A DNA stretch of 25,207 bases from a virus (lineage: Duplodnaviria; Caudoviricetes). The notes beneath the pieces were generated by a model, which saw only the letters and a program-made list of their open reading frames with translations, had not been told where the DNA came from and made no database searches. Within the stretch, counting starts at the first letter, position 1; the number at the start of each line of letters is the position of its first letter. The position numbers and the translations under genes are program-made. Of this stretch, positions 16,547 to 25,146 are shown in pieces. Location: IMG/VR virus record IMGVR_UViG_3300042554_003005, positions 1 to 25,207 of that record; one strand, given 5' to 3'.

Positions 16547-17443
16547 TCAGACGGTGGTGTCGAGGAGGGCCTCGGAGCCGAGCAGCTCGATGCCGATGAT
16601 GTCAACGACGCCGGTCGCGGAGCCGTCGACGCTGACCGCGAGCTCGACGCAGGTCGGGTTGGCGAGCCAGAGCGGGCTGGCGAAGGTGCCGACCATCGTG
16701 TGCGCGCCGACCGCACCGCGCTCGCCGGCGGTGTCGTGGGCCGCGTCGTAGGTGACCGCGCCGAGGCTGGTCGCGGCGGCGGGGGTCGAGCCGGTCGCCG
16801 GGGCGACCTGCACCGCACCGCTGACGGTCACGTCGGTCACGAGGTCGACGCTCACGTTGTAGACCAGGCGGAAGCCGGTCACGCGGAAGCCCTTGCTCGC
16901 GGCGCTGCGGCTGCGGGGCTTGAATCGCTGGCCCCAGACCTCAAGCGCGGCCGCGGCGGTGCGGCGGAGACGCATGCTCGCGGTGCCCTGGCGGGTGAGC
17001 GTCCAGGTGCCGGCGGCGGCCATGCCCTCGACGAAGTCGGCGACCTCGACGGCGTCGGTGTTCGCGGCGACGAGAGCGGCCGCGGTGTCGACGAGCGCGG
17101 AGCTCGCCACGACCGACCACTGGGTGCCGTTGTGGCAGAGGATGGCCCAGTCGGTGGCCTCAGCGAGGCTGATGTCGATTCCGCCCGGAGTGGCGATCAG
17201 GTCGGCGCCGATGGCATGCTTCAGCACCACCGTGCGAGCCGCACTGGCCGGGCGCACGATCAGCATCTGTTCGGCCTGCCCGCCGGTGATGCTGTCGAGG
17301 TCGTCGCTCGACGCGTCGCCCTGGGTGTCGATGGTGTGCACCAGCTGGGTCACCGAAATGACGCCGGAGGCGATGGTGCGTTCGGATGCGGCCATGCCGA
17401 CGAACTTGCGGATGGCGAGGAGGGCAGCTTTCCGGATGGCCAT
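16547..17443 (-). CDS. Two-domain virion structural protein (fibre/decoration-like)
   Basis: GGAG RBS. N-terminal TIASG..HTIDTQGDASSDDLDSITGG segment of a kind seen in phage fibre proteins. Beta-sandwich-like C-terminal half. Confidence 0.6.
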   Translation of the reverse strand: MAIRKAALLAIRKFVGMAASERTIASGVISVTQLVHTIDTQGDASSDDLDSITGGQAEQMLIVRPASAARTVVLKHAIGADLIATPGGIDISLAEATDWAILCHNGTQWSVVASSALVDTAAALVAANTDAVEVADFVEGMAAAGTWTLTRQGTASMRLRRTAAAALEVWGQRFKPRSRSAASKGFRVTGFRLVYNVSVDLVTDVTVSGAVQVAPATGSTPAAATSLGAVTYDAAHDTAGERGAVGAHTMVGTFASPLWLANPTCVELAVSVDGSATGVVDIIGIELLGSEALLDTTV

Positions 17444-17448
17444 GACAG

Positions 17449-17874
17449 TTACTCCAAGGGTTTTTGGTGAACGGCAAGAAACGAGGACTCAAACCAGACG
17501 TGATTCTCGGTGGAGATGACTTCGGCGTCTTCGACCCAGACGATGGCGACGCCGTCGTTCTGGTAGGCCACGAGCTTCCTTGCGATCGCGTCGCGAATCG
17601 TGCCGATGTCGTCCTCGCTCGTCAGGTGGTCCTTGTGCCTCAGCTGAAGCACGACCATCACCTTCACCACCGTGTTGCTCTGCGCGCCCTCGCTGGGGCG
17701 CTGCCGGTTGTTCACCGACTGCGAGCGTCCAAGTCCCACCACGAAGCCGTGGTCAACGGGCGAGCGGGCTCGCCTCGCCAGCCAGTACGGCTCCGCCATC
17801 TCGACGAGGTCCGCGACCTCGCTCACCTGTGCAGCCACCAAGGACCGCACCTCATCCGCGCGCAGGAAGCTCAT
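17449..17874 (-). CDS. Putative tail terminator / completion protein
   Basis: Start MSFLRADEVR overlaps the upstream stop (ATGA 17874-17871). 141 aa, neck-region synteny. Confidence 0.55.
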   Translation of the reverse strand: MSFLRADEVRSLVAAQVSEVADLVEMAEPYWLARRARSPVDHGFVVGLGRSQSVNNRQRPSEGAQSNTVVKVMVVLQLRHKDHLTSEDDIGTIRDAIARKLVAYQNDGVAIVWVEDAEVISTENHVWFESSFLAVHQKPLE

Positions 17875-18644
17875 CGAAGGCCCCCCGGGTACACGGGGCG
17901 ATAGCGCCCAGCGCCGCGACCGGACCCCAGCCACATGGCCGGGGAAGTAGCAGCACGCCGCCCCGTCCGCTGCCACGTCGAGGGGTCCGCCTCCGTGAAG
18001 GTGAGCGAATCCCAGGCCGCGGTGAACTTGGCCTCGTAGTCCTTGTACTCGGTCCACTCGGCCGAGGTCTCACCGGCCGTCGCCAGCCGATGGTAGATCA
18101 GCTCGAGCGCCTTGAGGATGTGCGACTCGCGGAGCGAGTAGCTGTCGAGCACCAGGTACGGACGGCGCCCCTTCTTGCGGAGGAGCTCCATCATGCTGAC
18201 CCAGGCCTCGTCGATGCCGTCCTGCAGGAGCGCGGTCCGGTCGGCCTCGTCGTCCTTCACGTTGAGCAGTGCGTCGTGCCGCTTCTCGAGGTCCTCGACT
18301 GTGACGCAGGGCTCGACCGTGTAGAGCACCACCGCCGCGGGGTTGATCAGCCTCTTCACCGCCGGCGTGGTGTCGAGCGTAAGGGTCCACACGACGCGCC
18401 AGCCCTCGCCGGGGTCCTCGTCGGTGGTGAGCGCCGCAGCGAAGGTGTGGCTCGCCGAGTTGGCTGACGGCGTAGGCGTCCCCGTGGAGACCACCGTGCC
18501 GTCCGGCTTCCAGAGCGCGACCGACGCAGCACTGATGTCGATGTCCTCGCCGCCCTGTTTCACCGCCACCGAAACGACGCAGTCCTGGCCGCGGAGGATG
18601 ATCTCCGGGCCGGTCCAGTCGGTGGTGATGGGGAGGGCGGGCAT
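17871..18644 (-). CDS. Head-tail adaptor-like protein with extra N-terminal beta domain
   Basis: 257 aa. N-half is beta-rich; C-half begins VTVEDL followed by helices, resembling gp15/gp6-type adaptors. Synteny. Confidence 0.55.
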   Translation of the reverse strand: MPALPITTDWTGPEIILRGQDCVVSVAVKQGGEDIDISAASVALWKPDGTVVSTGTPTPSANSASHTFAAALTTDEDPGEGWRVVWTLTLDTTPAVKRLINPAAVVLYTVEPCVTVEDLEKRHDALLNVKDDEADRTALLQDGIDEAWVSMMELLRKKGRRPYLVLDSYSLRESHILKALELIYHRLATAGETSAEWTEYKDYEAKFTAAWDSLTFTEADPSTWQRTGRRAATSPAMWLGSGRGAGRYRPVYPGGLR

Positions 18645-18647
18645 GGA

Positions 18648-19505
18648 TTAGTCCGGGCTCATCGAGGGGCCGGAGTCGTCCCCCTCGGCCTCGTCGGGGA
18701 GCGTGAGGTCCTCGACAGGAGCCTTCGGGGCGGGCGCGGGCTTCGCCGCGGCGGGCGCCTTGGGCGCGGCCTTGGGGGCCTTGGGAGCGGCAGGAGCCGC
18801 GGGGGTGGCCTTGGGGGCGGCGGGCTTCACCGCGGCGGCAGGAGCCACCGGGGCGGGCGCGGCGGCCGGCATCCAGCCCGCGAGCGGAAGGGGTTCGGCG
18901 CCGGCGCGGTAGGCCTCCCAGGCCTCGAGCTCCCACGCGACCAGGCGGGCGCGGCGGCCGGCCAGGACGGGGTTCTTCTGGCGCTCGCGCACGAGACGTC
19001 GGTCGAGCAGGGCGATCCGCTTGTCGACGAAGTAGCTGTCGACCTCAGTCGGGACGAGGCCGAGCTCCTGCCAGCGCGCGATGAACGCGTCGAAGCACTC
19101 GACGTCGTTGCTGCGCCGGTCGGTGCCGATCGCGGGGGCGTCCCAGGCCAGCCGGTAGGAGGTGACCTGCGAGCGGCTCGGGGGGTCCCACGCATCGAAG
19201 CGCTTGACGTAGCTGCCGTAGCCGGGCGCGGTTTCGCTGAGCGGAAGCAGGGTCTGCTTGTGCCCGTCGGTGCTGCCCATCAGGTGGTGGATCTGCTTCT
19301 TCAGATCACCGCGCATGCTCTCACCGATGCCGTGCTGGCCCGGGGAAAGCATGTAGCGACGCAGGGAGACGCGGGGGACGCCGTCTTCGTGCATGCTCCA
19401 ACCGCCGGCGAAGGCGGACACGAACGGGCCCGACTCGGACGCGTGCGGAAGCTGCCGACCGAGGTTGGCGGGGCTCTCGGGGATGGTGAGATCGGACGTC
19501 GTCAT
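18648..19505 (-). CDS. Hypothetical protein with Ala/Pro/Lys-rich tail and acidic end
   Basis: AAGGAG RBS, 285 aa, directly after the capsid gene. APKA-type repeats at about 18710-18870. Confidence 0.75.
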   Translation of the reverse strand: MTTSDLTIPESPANLGRQLPHASESGPFVSAFAGGWSMHEDGVPRVSLRRYMLSPGQHGIGESMRGDLKKQIHHLMGSTDGHKQTLLPLSETAPGYGSYVKRFDAWDPPSRSQVTSYRLAWDAPAIGTDRRSNDVECFDAFIARWQELGLVPTEVDSYFVDKRIALLDRRLVRERQKNPVLAGRRARLVAWELEAWEAYRAGAEPLPLAGWMPAAAPAPVAPAAAVKPAAPKATPAAPAAPKAPKAAPKAPAAAKPAPAPKAPVEDLTLPDEAEGDDSGPSMSPD

Positions 19506-19530
19506 GCTGGGTCACTCCTTGAGGGTAGGT

Positions 19531-19558
19531 GGGCAGTCGGCACGGAGACCGACTGCCC
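19531..19558 (-). terminator. Perfect 10-bp stem-loop after the major capsid gene (terminator, attenuator or stabiliser)
   Basis: GGGCAGTCGG / CCGACTGCCC with an 8-nt loop, 9 nt after the capsid stop. No U-tract. Confidence 0.6.
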
Positions 19559-19567
19559 GGCCTCCGA

Positions 19568-20485
19568 TCAGGCGGTGGTTTCCCAGAGGATGCCGCGCTC
19601 CTGGGCCTTGTTCACGCCCATGAAGCCGGTGCCACGGATGGTGGTCTCGGGCTTCGTGGAGCTGCGAAGGCGCTCGAGCATGAGCGGGCCGAACGCGAGC
19701 TGGTCCGCGGTCATGGGGATCGCGCGGGCCATCGCCTTGAGCATGCCGCCCTTGCGGAACAGGCAGTTCTGGTACTTGCCCGTGTCGGTCGCGACCTGCG
19801 GGGTGGCGAAGATGTCGAAGTTGTGGATGCGACCGAGGTAGCGGTTCGTCCCGAACATCTTGGCCAGTGCCTGCACGCCGGGGTCGTCCTTCGAGAGGTT
19901 CGACTGCTGGGCGAAGTTGCCGTCCTTCGCCAGGGCGCGCGCGGCCTTCGGGTGAAGGATCGCGATGCCAGGGTCGTCGCCCGAACCGAGCAGATCCTCG
20001 ACCTCGCCGACGGCATCCCAGAAGTCCTCGAGGTCCGGGTCGCCGGCGCCCGCGTCGAGGCTCCCGGTGAAGGTCGCGCCCTCGGTGGCGAGGAGGCCGG
20101 TCCAGGTGTACGCGAGGCTCTTCGCCAGACCCTGCGCGAACCGCTCGGGGGAGAACTGCTCGTTCGCCAGGGTGTTGAGCAGGTCGGAGATGTTCCACTG
20201 CAGGTACTTCTGGCCGATGGCCACCGAGTAGAGCTCGGTTCCGATCGCGGTGTTGGTGGTCATCGAGCCACCTTCCGACACGCTGTTGAAGGTGCGGCCG
20301 GTGAGGACGTCGTCCTCGCGGACCTTCGCGGTGTCGCTGAAGGACCCGGTCAGATCCTTCATGTCCATGATCGCGGGGTGGTTCGCGATGAAGTACTCGT
20401 CGGCGAGCGCCTCGAGGATGTAGGACTCGACGACGGTGCGACCCACGTCGCTCGAGAGAGAGGACCAGACGGCTTCGTTTGCCAT
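19568..20485 (-). CDS. Major capsid protein (HK97 fold, no delta domain)
   Basis: 305 aa after the scaffold. VSEG E-loop-like motif, AILHP motif, and a C-terminal G-x-x-GV..RGI pattern. Confidence 0.85.
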   Translation of the reverse strand: MANEAVWSSLSSDVGRTVVESYILEALADEYFIANHPAIMDMKDLTGSFSDTAKVREDDVLTGRTFNSVSEGGSMTTNTAIGTELYSVAIGQKYLQWNISDLLNTLANEQFSPERFAQGLAKSLAYTWTGLLATEGATFTGSLDAGAGDPDLEDFWDAVGEVEDLLGSGDDPGIAILHPKAARALAKDGNFAQQSNLSKDDPGVQALAKMFGTNRYLGRIHNFDIFATPQVATDTGKYQNCLFRKGGMLKAMARAIPMTADQLAFGPLMLERLRSSTKPETTIRGTGFMGVNKAQERGILWETTA

Positions 20486-20489
20486 GTTT

Positions 20490-20588
20490 CACCAAGGAGG
20501 AAAGAAGTTGAACTTCCCTTCGCTTGGTGTCGCGGGCTCGTCCGCGTGGGGTCAGTGCAAGCCTGACATGGACGCATTGACGCGTCAA
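20490..20588 (-). promoter_or_regulatory. Putative promoter and structured 5' leader of the capsid gene
   Basis: TTGACG (20588-20583), 17-nt spacer, TGn-CAGGCT (20565-20560). Hairpins at 20531-20546 and 20490-20529. Confidence 0.5.
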
Positions 20589-21340
20589 GGCTTTTTCGCG
20601 GACTGCTGCTTGAGGAGCTCGGTCAGGTCCTTCATCTGCTTCTTGTTCTCGGGCGTCGGGCTGACCCGGAAGGCCTCCTGAGCGGCGCGGACCTGCTCGA
20701 CCGTGATCGTGGGGCCGGCGGGCGCGGGGCTCGCCGAGACAGCAGGGAGCGCGGGGCGCGGAGGCGCGGCGGTACCAGGCGCAGCGGCCGCCGCAGCTGC
20801 GGCAGGAGCGGCGGCGGCCGGCGCGGCCATGAAGCCGAGCAGCGAGCGGGGCGCGGCGGTAGTGCCGGCGAGAATGGCCTGCCAGTATTCGACGGCGCTC
20901 GCGGGCTTGCCCTCGGCGGGCAGCTTCGCGTAGGCCGCGGCGACCGCCTCGATGTGCTCGTCGTCGCTCACGCCCGCACGCGCGAAGGCGAGCTGGGCCT
21001 GCAGCGTCGAGAGCTGCTGCGTCACCGTGTTGTGCTGGGCCTCGAGCGCAGCCTTCGCCGCGGCGTTCTCCTCGGCCAGCTTCGTCGCGGCCTTGAGTTG
21101 CTTGCCGCGCTCGTCGAAGACGTGCTTCGGGACGTGAATGCCCTTGATCTCGACCTCGGCCGCAGGAGCCGCAGGAGCGGCCGCAGCGGGGGCGGGGGCC
21201 GCGCCCCCAGTAGCGCCACCCCCACCAGCCGCAGGCGCCGCCGCAGGCGGAGCGACCACGACCCCGCCACCCGCACCAGCGCCAGCCTCCCCAGGCGAAC
21301 GCAGGAGGAGCGGCGACCCGAGGAGACCGAGCCGAATCAC
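20585..21340 (-). CDS. Capsid scaffolding protein
   Basis: GTGA coupling. LLLRSPGEAGAGAGGG N-terminus, Ala/Pro linker, VPKHVFDE followed by a coiled coil. Directly upstream of the capsid gene. Confidence 0.75.
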   Translation of the reverse strand: MIRLGLLGSPLLLRSPGEAGAGAGGGVVVAPPAAAPAAGGGGATGGAAPAPAAAAPAAPAAEVEIKGIHVPKHVFDERGKQLKAATKLAEENAAAKAALEAQHNTVTQQLSTLQAQLAFARAGVSDDEHIEAVAAAYAKLPAEGKPASAVEYWQAILAGTTAAPRSLLGFMAAPAAAAPAAAAAAAAPGTAAPPRPALPAVSASPAPAGPTITVEQVRAAQEAFRVSPTPENKKQMKDLTELLKQQSAKKP

Positions 21341-21690
21341 GCGACCACCACGTCGATGTCTTCCGCGTCCGCGTCGAGCGCGAACGGACACTCGTAGACC
21401 TGCGGTGCCTCGTCGAGGCCGTCGGGGTTGGTCTCGCCGACGTGCACGACCACGCTGGTGGTCTTCTCGCTGGTGGGGTTCCACCAGCGCGCGCGCTCGC
21501 TGACCTGCGGGAGATGGGCCTTCACTGCCTTCGCGATGGCATCGCCGTCGAGGTCCTCGTCGTGCTCGACGACGACGTCGGCGACGCACTCCATCGTGAT
21601 GCGGACGGTCGAGAAGACCTTGCCGTCGGACGGGGTGTAGCCTTCGCGCTCGGGCGCGATGGCCTCAGACATCGGAGGAGGGTTGGCCAT
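21337..21690 (-). CDS. Acidic hypothetical protein between portal and scaffold
   Basis: AAGGAAG RBS before ATG 21690. Overlaps the portal end and is coupled to the scaffold start. Confidence 0.65.
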   Translation of the reverse strand: MANPPPMSEAIAPEREGYTPSDGKVFSTVRITMECVADVVVEHDEDLDGDAIAKAVKAHLPQVSERARWWNPTSEKTTSVVVHVGETNPDGLDEAPQVYECPFALDADAEDIDVVVA

Positions 21691-23290
21691 CGTCTTCCTT
21701 GGCCGGGGTCGCCGGCGTCGTGGTGGTTGGGGCGCCAGCCTCAGCGTTCGCGGCGACGGTGAGAACCGCCGCATACTTCGCCTTGTACTGGGTGATCGTG
21801 AGGGCGCCGTCCGCGCCGCCGATGGGCTGCAAGCCGACCGAGGCGCGCGCCTCGTCGACCGTCACCACCGTGGCGAGGTCCGTCGGCGCGAGCTGGACGG
21901 TGGCGCCGCCCGCTGCGGCGGCCGGGCCCTCGGCCTCGATGCGCGCGAGCTCCTGTTCGGCCTGCTCCTCGTTCCATCCTGGGTGGAGCTGGAGGAGCGC
22001 GGTCTTCTTGGAGTAGAGCCCGAGGGACATCCCCTCCTTCACCACCGTGAGGCGGGCGGACAGCTCGACCGGCCCGAGCTCGACGGCCTGGTAGCTGACC
22101 TGCCATACGTCCGGGCTGACCGAGACCGAGCCGAGGAGGAGCGCGCAGACGTGCAGCAGCTGCTGGTCCGAGCGGCGGAAGATGGGGGCATAGATGGCCT
22201 GCTGCTCGGCGATGCTCTCGCGCGAGATGGCCAGCGAGTAGCCAGAGCGGATGTCGCTCTCAGATCGCGTCGCGTCGGGGGTCCGCACGCCGGCGAGCCG
22301 CGCGACGTGCTTCGAGTACATCGCGATCACGCGGAAGAGCTTCTCGGGGTCCGCCGACATCGGCCAGACCAGCGCCTGCACCGTCTTGTCCCCGGTGCTC
22401 ACGACCTTGAGGACCATCCCCGGGTCGGCGATGATGTGCTGCGCGCCGGTGGTCTCGTCGATCTCCGCGCCGCTGACGACATCACCGTCCGCGAGGATGC
22501 GCTGCTGCCAGGCCGTCTCGCTGATGAGGTGTCCCAGGTCGGTGTAGAACACCATCAGCCGGATGCACCCGCGGGTGACGTCGCGGCCGCTCGACCAGTC
22601 CATCAGCCGGCCGGTGTCGGCTGCGTGGTACAGGACGACCGGGATGTAGGCTGCGCCGACCGTGTCGACCCAGGAATACTCCCCCTGGGCGGGCAGGCTG
22701 CGGGGCGACTGGTCCCAGCCCTTGACCGCGGCCTCCGGTGACACGACGTAGGCCTCGGCCGGCTTGCCGTCGACGTCCTCGACCTGCCACTCGTGCAGCT
22801 CCCAGGCGTTGCCGCTCTGAATCCAGAGGGCGATGTAGGCGAGCTCTTTCGGGTCGTCCCGCTTCGCCCGCACATCCCACCAGAGGTCCGGGGTCACCTT
22901 CCGGAAGTGCAGCTTCCCGCCGCTCTCGCCGGCCACGATCGCGAGGTCGCCCAGCGCGAGGCACTCGGCCTGGTTGACCTGCATCGCCGTCCAGTGGCCA
23001 GCACGGGCGACCGCCTTGATGACGTCTGCGTCGGGGCCGGAGCAGCGCGGCTCGTGCACGTACAGCGCGGAGAGGTCCTTGTAGAGCGCCGGGAACGCGT
23101 TCGCGGCCTCGTCCACAGCCTTGATCATCACCTCCCCGCGCTCGATGCCGAACATGGCCTTGAGCGCGGTCTCGATGTCGGGGCGGTGCTCACCGCGCAT
23201 CAGCCGCAGGCGCAGGCGCAGCTCGTCGACGCGGGCCATGTCGGCCAGCCGGTAGGGCGCGGTGGGCAGCGAGGCGGCGAGAGCACTCAT
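21665..23290 (-). CDS. Portal protein
   Basis: 541 aa directly after TerL. YIPVVLYH and SGYSL motifs (SPP1 gp6-like) and a C-terminal VTVDEARASVGLQPI motif. Confidence 0.88.
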   Translation of the reverse strand: MSALAASLPTAPYRLADMARVDELRLRLRLMRGEHRPDIETALKAMFGIERGEVMIKAVDEAANAFPALYKDLSALYVHEPRCSGPDADVIKAVARAGHWTAMQVNQAECLALGDLAIVAGESGGKLHFRKVTPDLWWDVRAKRDDPKELAYIALWIQSGNAWELHEWQVEDVDGKPAEAYVVSPEAAVKGWDQSPRSLPAQGEYSWVDTVGAAYIPVVLYHAADTGRLMDWSSGRDVTRGCIRLMVFYTDLGHLISETAWQQRILADGDVVSGAEIDETTGAQHIIADPGMVLKVVSTGDKTVQALVWPMSADPEKLFRVIAMYSKHVARLAGVRTPDATRSESDIRSGYSLAISRESIAEQQAIYAPIFRRSDQQLLHVCALLLGSVSVSPDVWQVSYQAVELGPVELSARLTVVKEGMSLGLYSKKTALLQLHPGWNEEQAEQELARIEAEGPAAAAGGATVQLAPTDLATVVTVDEARASVGLQPIGGADGALTITQYKAKYAAVLTVAANAEAGAPTTTTPATPAKEDDGQPSSDV

Positions 23291-23323
23291 GCCCTACCAG
23301 TACGTCACGACCCAGAATCTTTT

Positions 23324-24793
23324 TTACGCTGCCGTCCGAATTGTGCCCTGCGCGTTGGACCCGAACCGGAATATTACAGGTTTCAGGCCGTACCTCAGCG
23401 CGTCGATCACGTCCTTGTAGGGATGCTCCTCGGAGTAGTCGAATACCTCGAAGGCCTTGATCAGGTGCTTGCACCGAGGATGCACCCAGAGCCGCTGCAT
23501 CACGAGTTGGGCGAAGACCCACCGGGAGCCCGGGTGCCGCAGGCTGCCCTGGCGCGGGCCGTCCTTCGCGGAGGTGATCGTCGGCTTCAGCGCGTTGAAC
23601 GGCACCCCCACCCGACGCGCCACCGCCCGCAGCGTGAGCTGGTTGCCCTTCGCCGAGAACTGCGAGGTCACCGGGTTGTCGCCGTGCACCGTCGTGAGAT
23701 CGCGCCAGGTGATGTTGTTCCGCGCGAGCATGCTCATCAGCTCGTCGGCAAACTGGTCCGTGGTCGCGATGCCGCTGAGGACGACCTCGTCCACGACGTG
23801 CACATAGGCATCCATCCAGCCGGCCTTCCGCTTGACCTGCAGCACCCGGCAGAGCACCGCCACCTGGCCGAAGTCGCGATCGGCCGCGGCGTAGTCCATC
23901 CCGAGCCGCCAGCTGAGCACGCTGTTCTGGTCGAGGTTGTTGATGCGGACCGCGGCCTTGATGTGCCGCGTGGCATCCCAGCAGTGGAAGAACACCCCCT
24001 CGGGCCGCATCTCCCACTCGCCGTCGAGCACCACCGGGGCGAACATCGCCGGCGTCTTCGTGCGCTCCTCGGCGATCCAATCGTCGTCCATCGGCCGCCC
24101 GCTGAGCAGCCGCATGCGCTCACCGGACCCCCGGAACGTGAGCGCGAGCCGGTCGAGCGGGGCGTGCACCTCCTTCACCGCGCCCCGGTCGACCAGGTCG
24201 TGCAGCCACTCGCAGGGCCGGTTGACCGGGGTCAGCGTGATGATGAGCGTGCCCTCGCGACGCATCACGCGCTTCTGCAGCTCGCGGTACATCTCGATGT
24301 CGGTCGGCTCGTCGATCCACACCCAGTCGACCGTGGCGCCCGCGATGGCGTCGGCCCCCTGCTTCGTGGTTTTGAAGCGGATGATCGACCCGTTCTTGAA
24401 GATGAGGGCGGGGTTCTCCTTGCCGAATCCCGTCCGCCGCTTGCAAATCTGCCCCGGCTCGAGCTCGCCCTTCGGAGCGAGCGCCCAGACCTTGTGCATG
24501 ATGGCCACGGCCTGGGACCAGGTGGTGCACACTACCCAGGCCTCGATGGGGACATGCGCCTTCCGGCCGGTCGCTAGCTCGACCCCGAGACAGCGCGAGA
24601 TCGTCAGCGCCGCCCCGATGATGGTCTTCCCCACCTGGTTCCCGGCGCGGAAGAGGGCGAGCTTGTTCCCCGCCACCAGCTCGGCGAACTCCCACTGGCG
24701 GATGGTCCAGTCCATCCACGGAAGCGGGCTCTCCTCGACCCGCTCGTTCAGCTCGGCGAGCTCCTCCTCCAGCTGGCGAAGGGCAGCGCTCAC
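23324..24793 (-). CDS. terL: Terminase large subunit
   Basis: Walker A AGNQVGKT, Walker B WIDEP, coupling motif TLTP, nuclease residues GMD and DVIDALRY. Confidence 0.95.
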   Translation of the reverse strand: MSAALRQLEEELAELNERVEESPLPWMDWTIRQWEFAELVAGNKLALFRAGNQVGKTIIGAALTISRCLGVELATGRKAHVPIEAWVVCTTWSQAVAIMHKVWALAPKGELEPGQICKRRTGFGKENPALIFKNGSIIRFKTTKQGADAIAGATVDWVWIDEPTDIEMYRELQKRVMRREGTLIITLTPVNRPCEWLHDLVDRGAVKEVHAPLDRLALTFRGSGERMRLLSGRPMDDDWIAEERTKTPAMFAPVVLDGEWEMRPEGVFFHCWDATRHIKAAVRINNLDQNSVLSWRLGMDYAAADRDFGQVAVLCRVLQVKRKAGWMDAYVHVVDEVVLSGIATTDQFADELMSMLARNNITWRDLTTVHGDNPVTSQFSAKGNQLTLRAVARRVGVPFNALKPTITSAKDGPRQGSLRHPGSRWVFAQLVMQRLWVHPRCKHLIKAFEVFDYSEEHPYKDVIDALRYGLKPVIFRFGSNAQGTIRTAA

Positions 24794-25146
24794 TTGCCCT
24801 CGAGCTGCTCCGTCGCCAGCCGCTCTCGCATGTCTGCGGGCGCCGACTCCCAGAGCCGCTCGACGAGGACACGGTAGAGCGGGGCGGGCAGCCGCTTCGC
24901 GTGACCGACGATGCGTCCGACCGCGTCGTCCTCGTTACCCTGGCGCGCAGCCTCGGCTGCGACACGCGACTCAGCCTCGAGGAGCGCGATCTCCGCGGCC
25001 GTCAACTGGCGCGCGAGAGTCGCGACCGCCGTGTAGGACTGGTGCCTCTCGGCCGCATCGACCTGCAGGCGAAGTTCCTTCGCTCGCTTCGCCCAGAACA
25101 CGACGAGGGCGGACGCGGAGGCCCCGGTTGCGGTGGGCGTGTTCAC
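24790..25146 (-). CDS. Probable terminase small subunit
   Basis: Helical, about 118 aa, GGAG 7 nt before GTG 25146, GTGA coupling to TerL. Confidence 0.6.
   Translation of the reverse strand: MNTPTATGASASALVVFWAKRAKELRLQVDAAERHQSYTAVATLARQLTAAEIALLEAESRVAAEAARQGNEDDAVGRIVGHAKRLPAPLYRVLVERLWESAPADMRERLATEQLEGK

Noticed and set aside
20494-20681. Antisense 57-aa ORF after a perfect AAGGAGG (TTG 20508)
   Set aside because: The SD is the complement of the capsid-leader pyrimidine tract; weak TTG start, antisense to the scaffold, no other support. Not fully excluded.
21150-21260. GCCGCAGG-type repeats as a CRISPR or regulatory array (also 18710-18870)
   Set aside because: Short degenerate repeats that encode Ala/Pro linkers; no repeat-spacer structure.
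23291-23326. In-frame terL-portal readthrough fusion
   Set aside because: Two stops (TAA and TAG) separate the genes.
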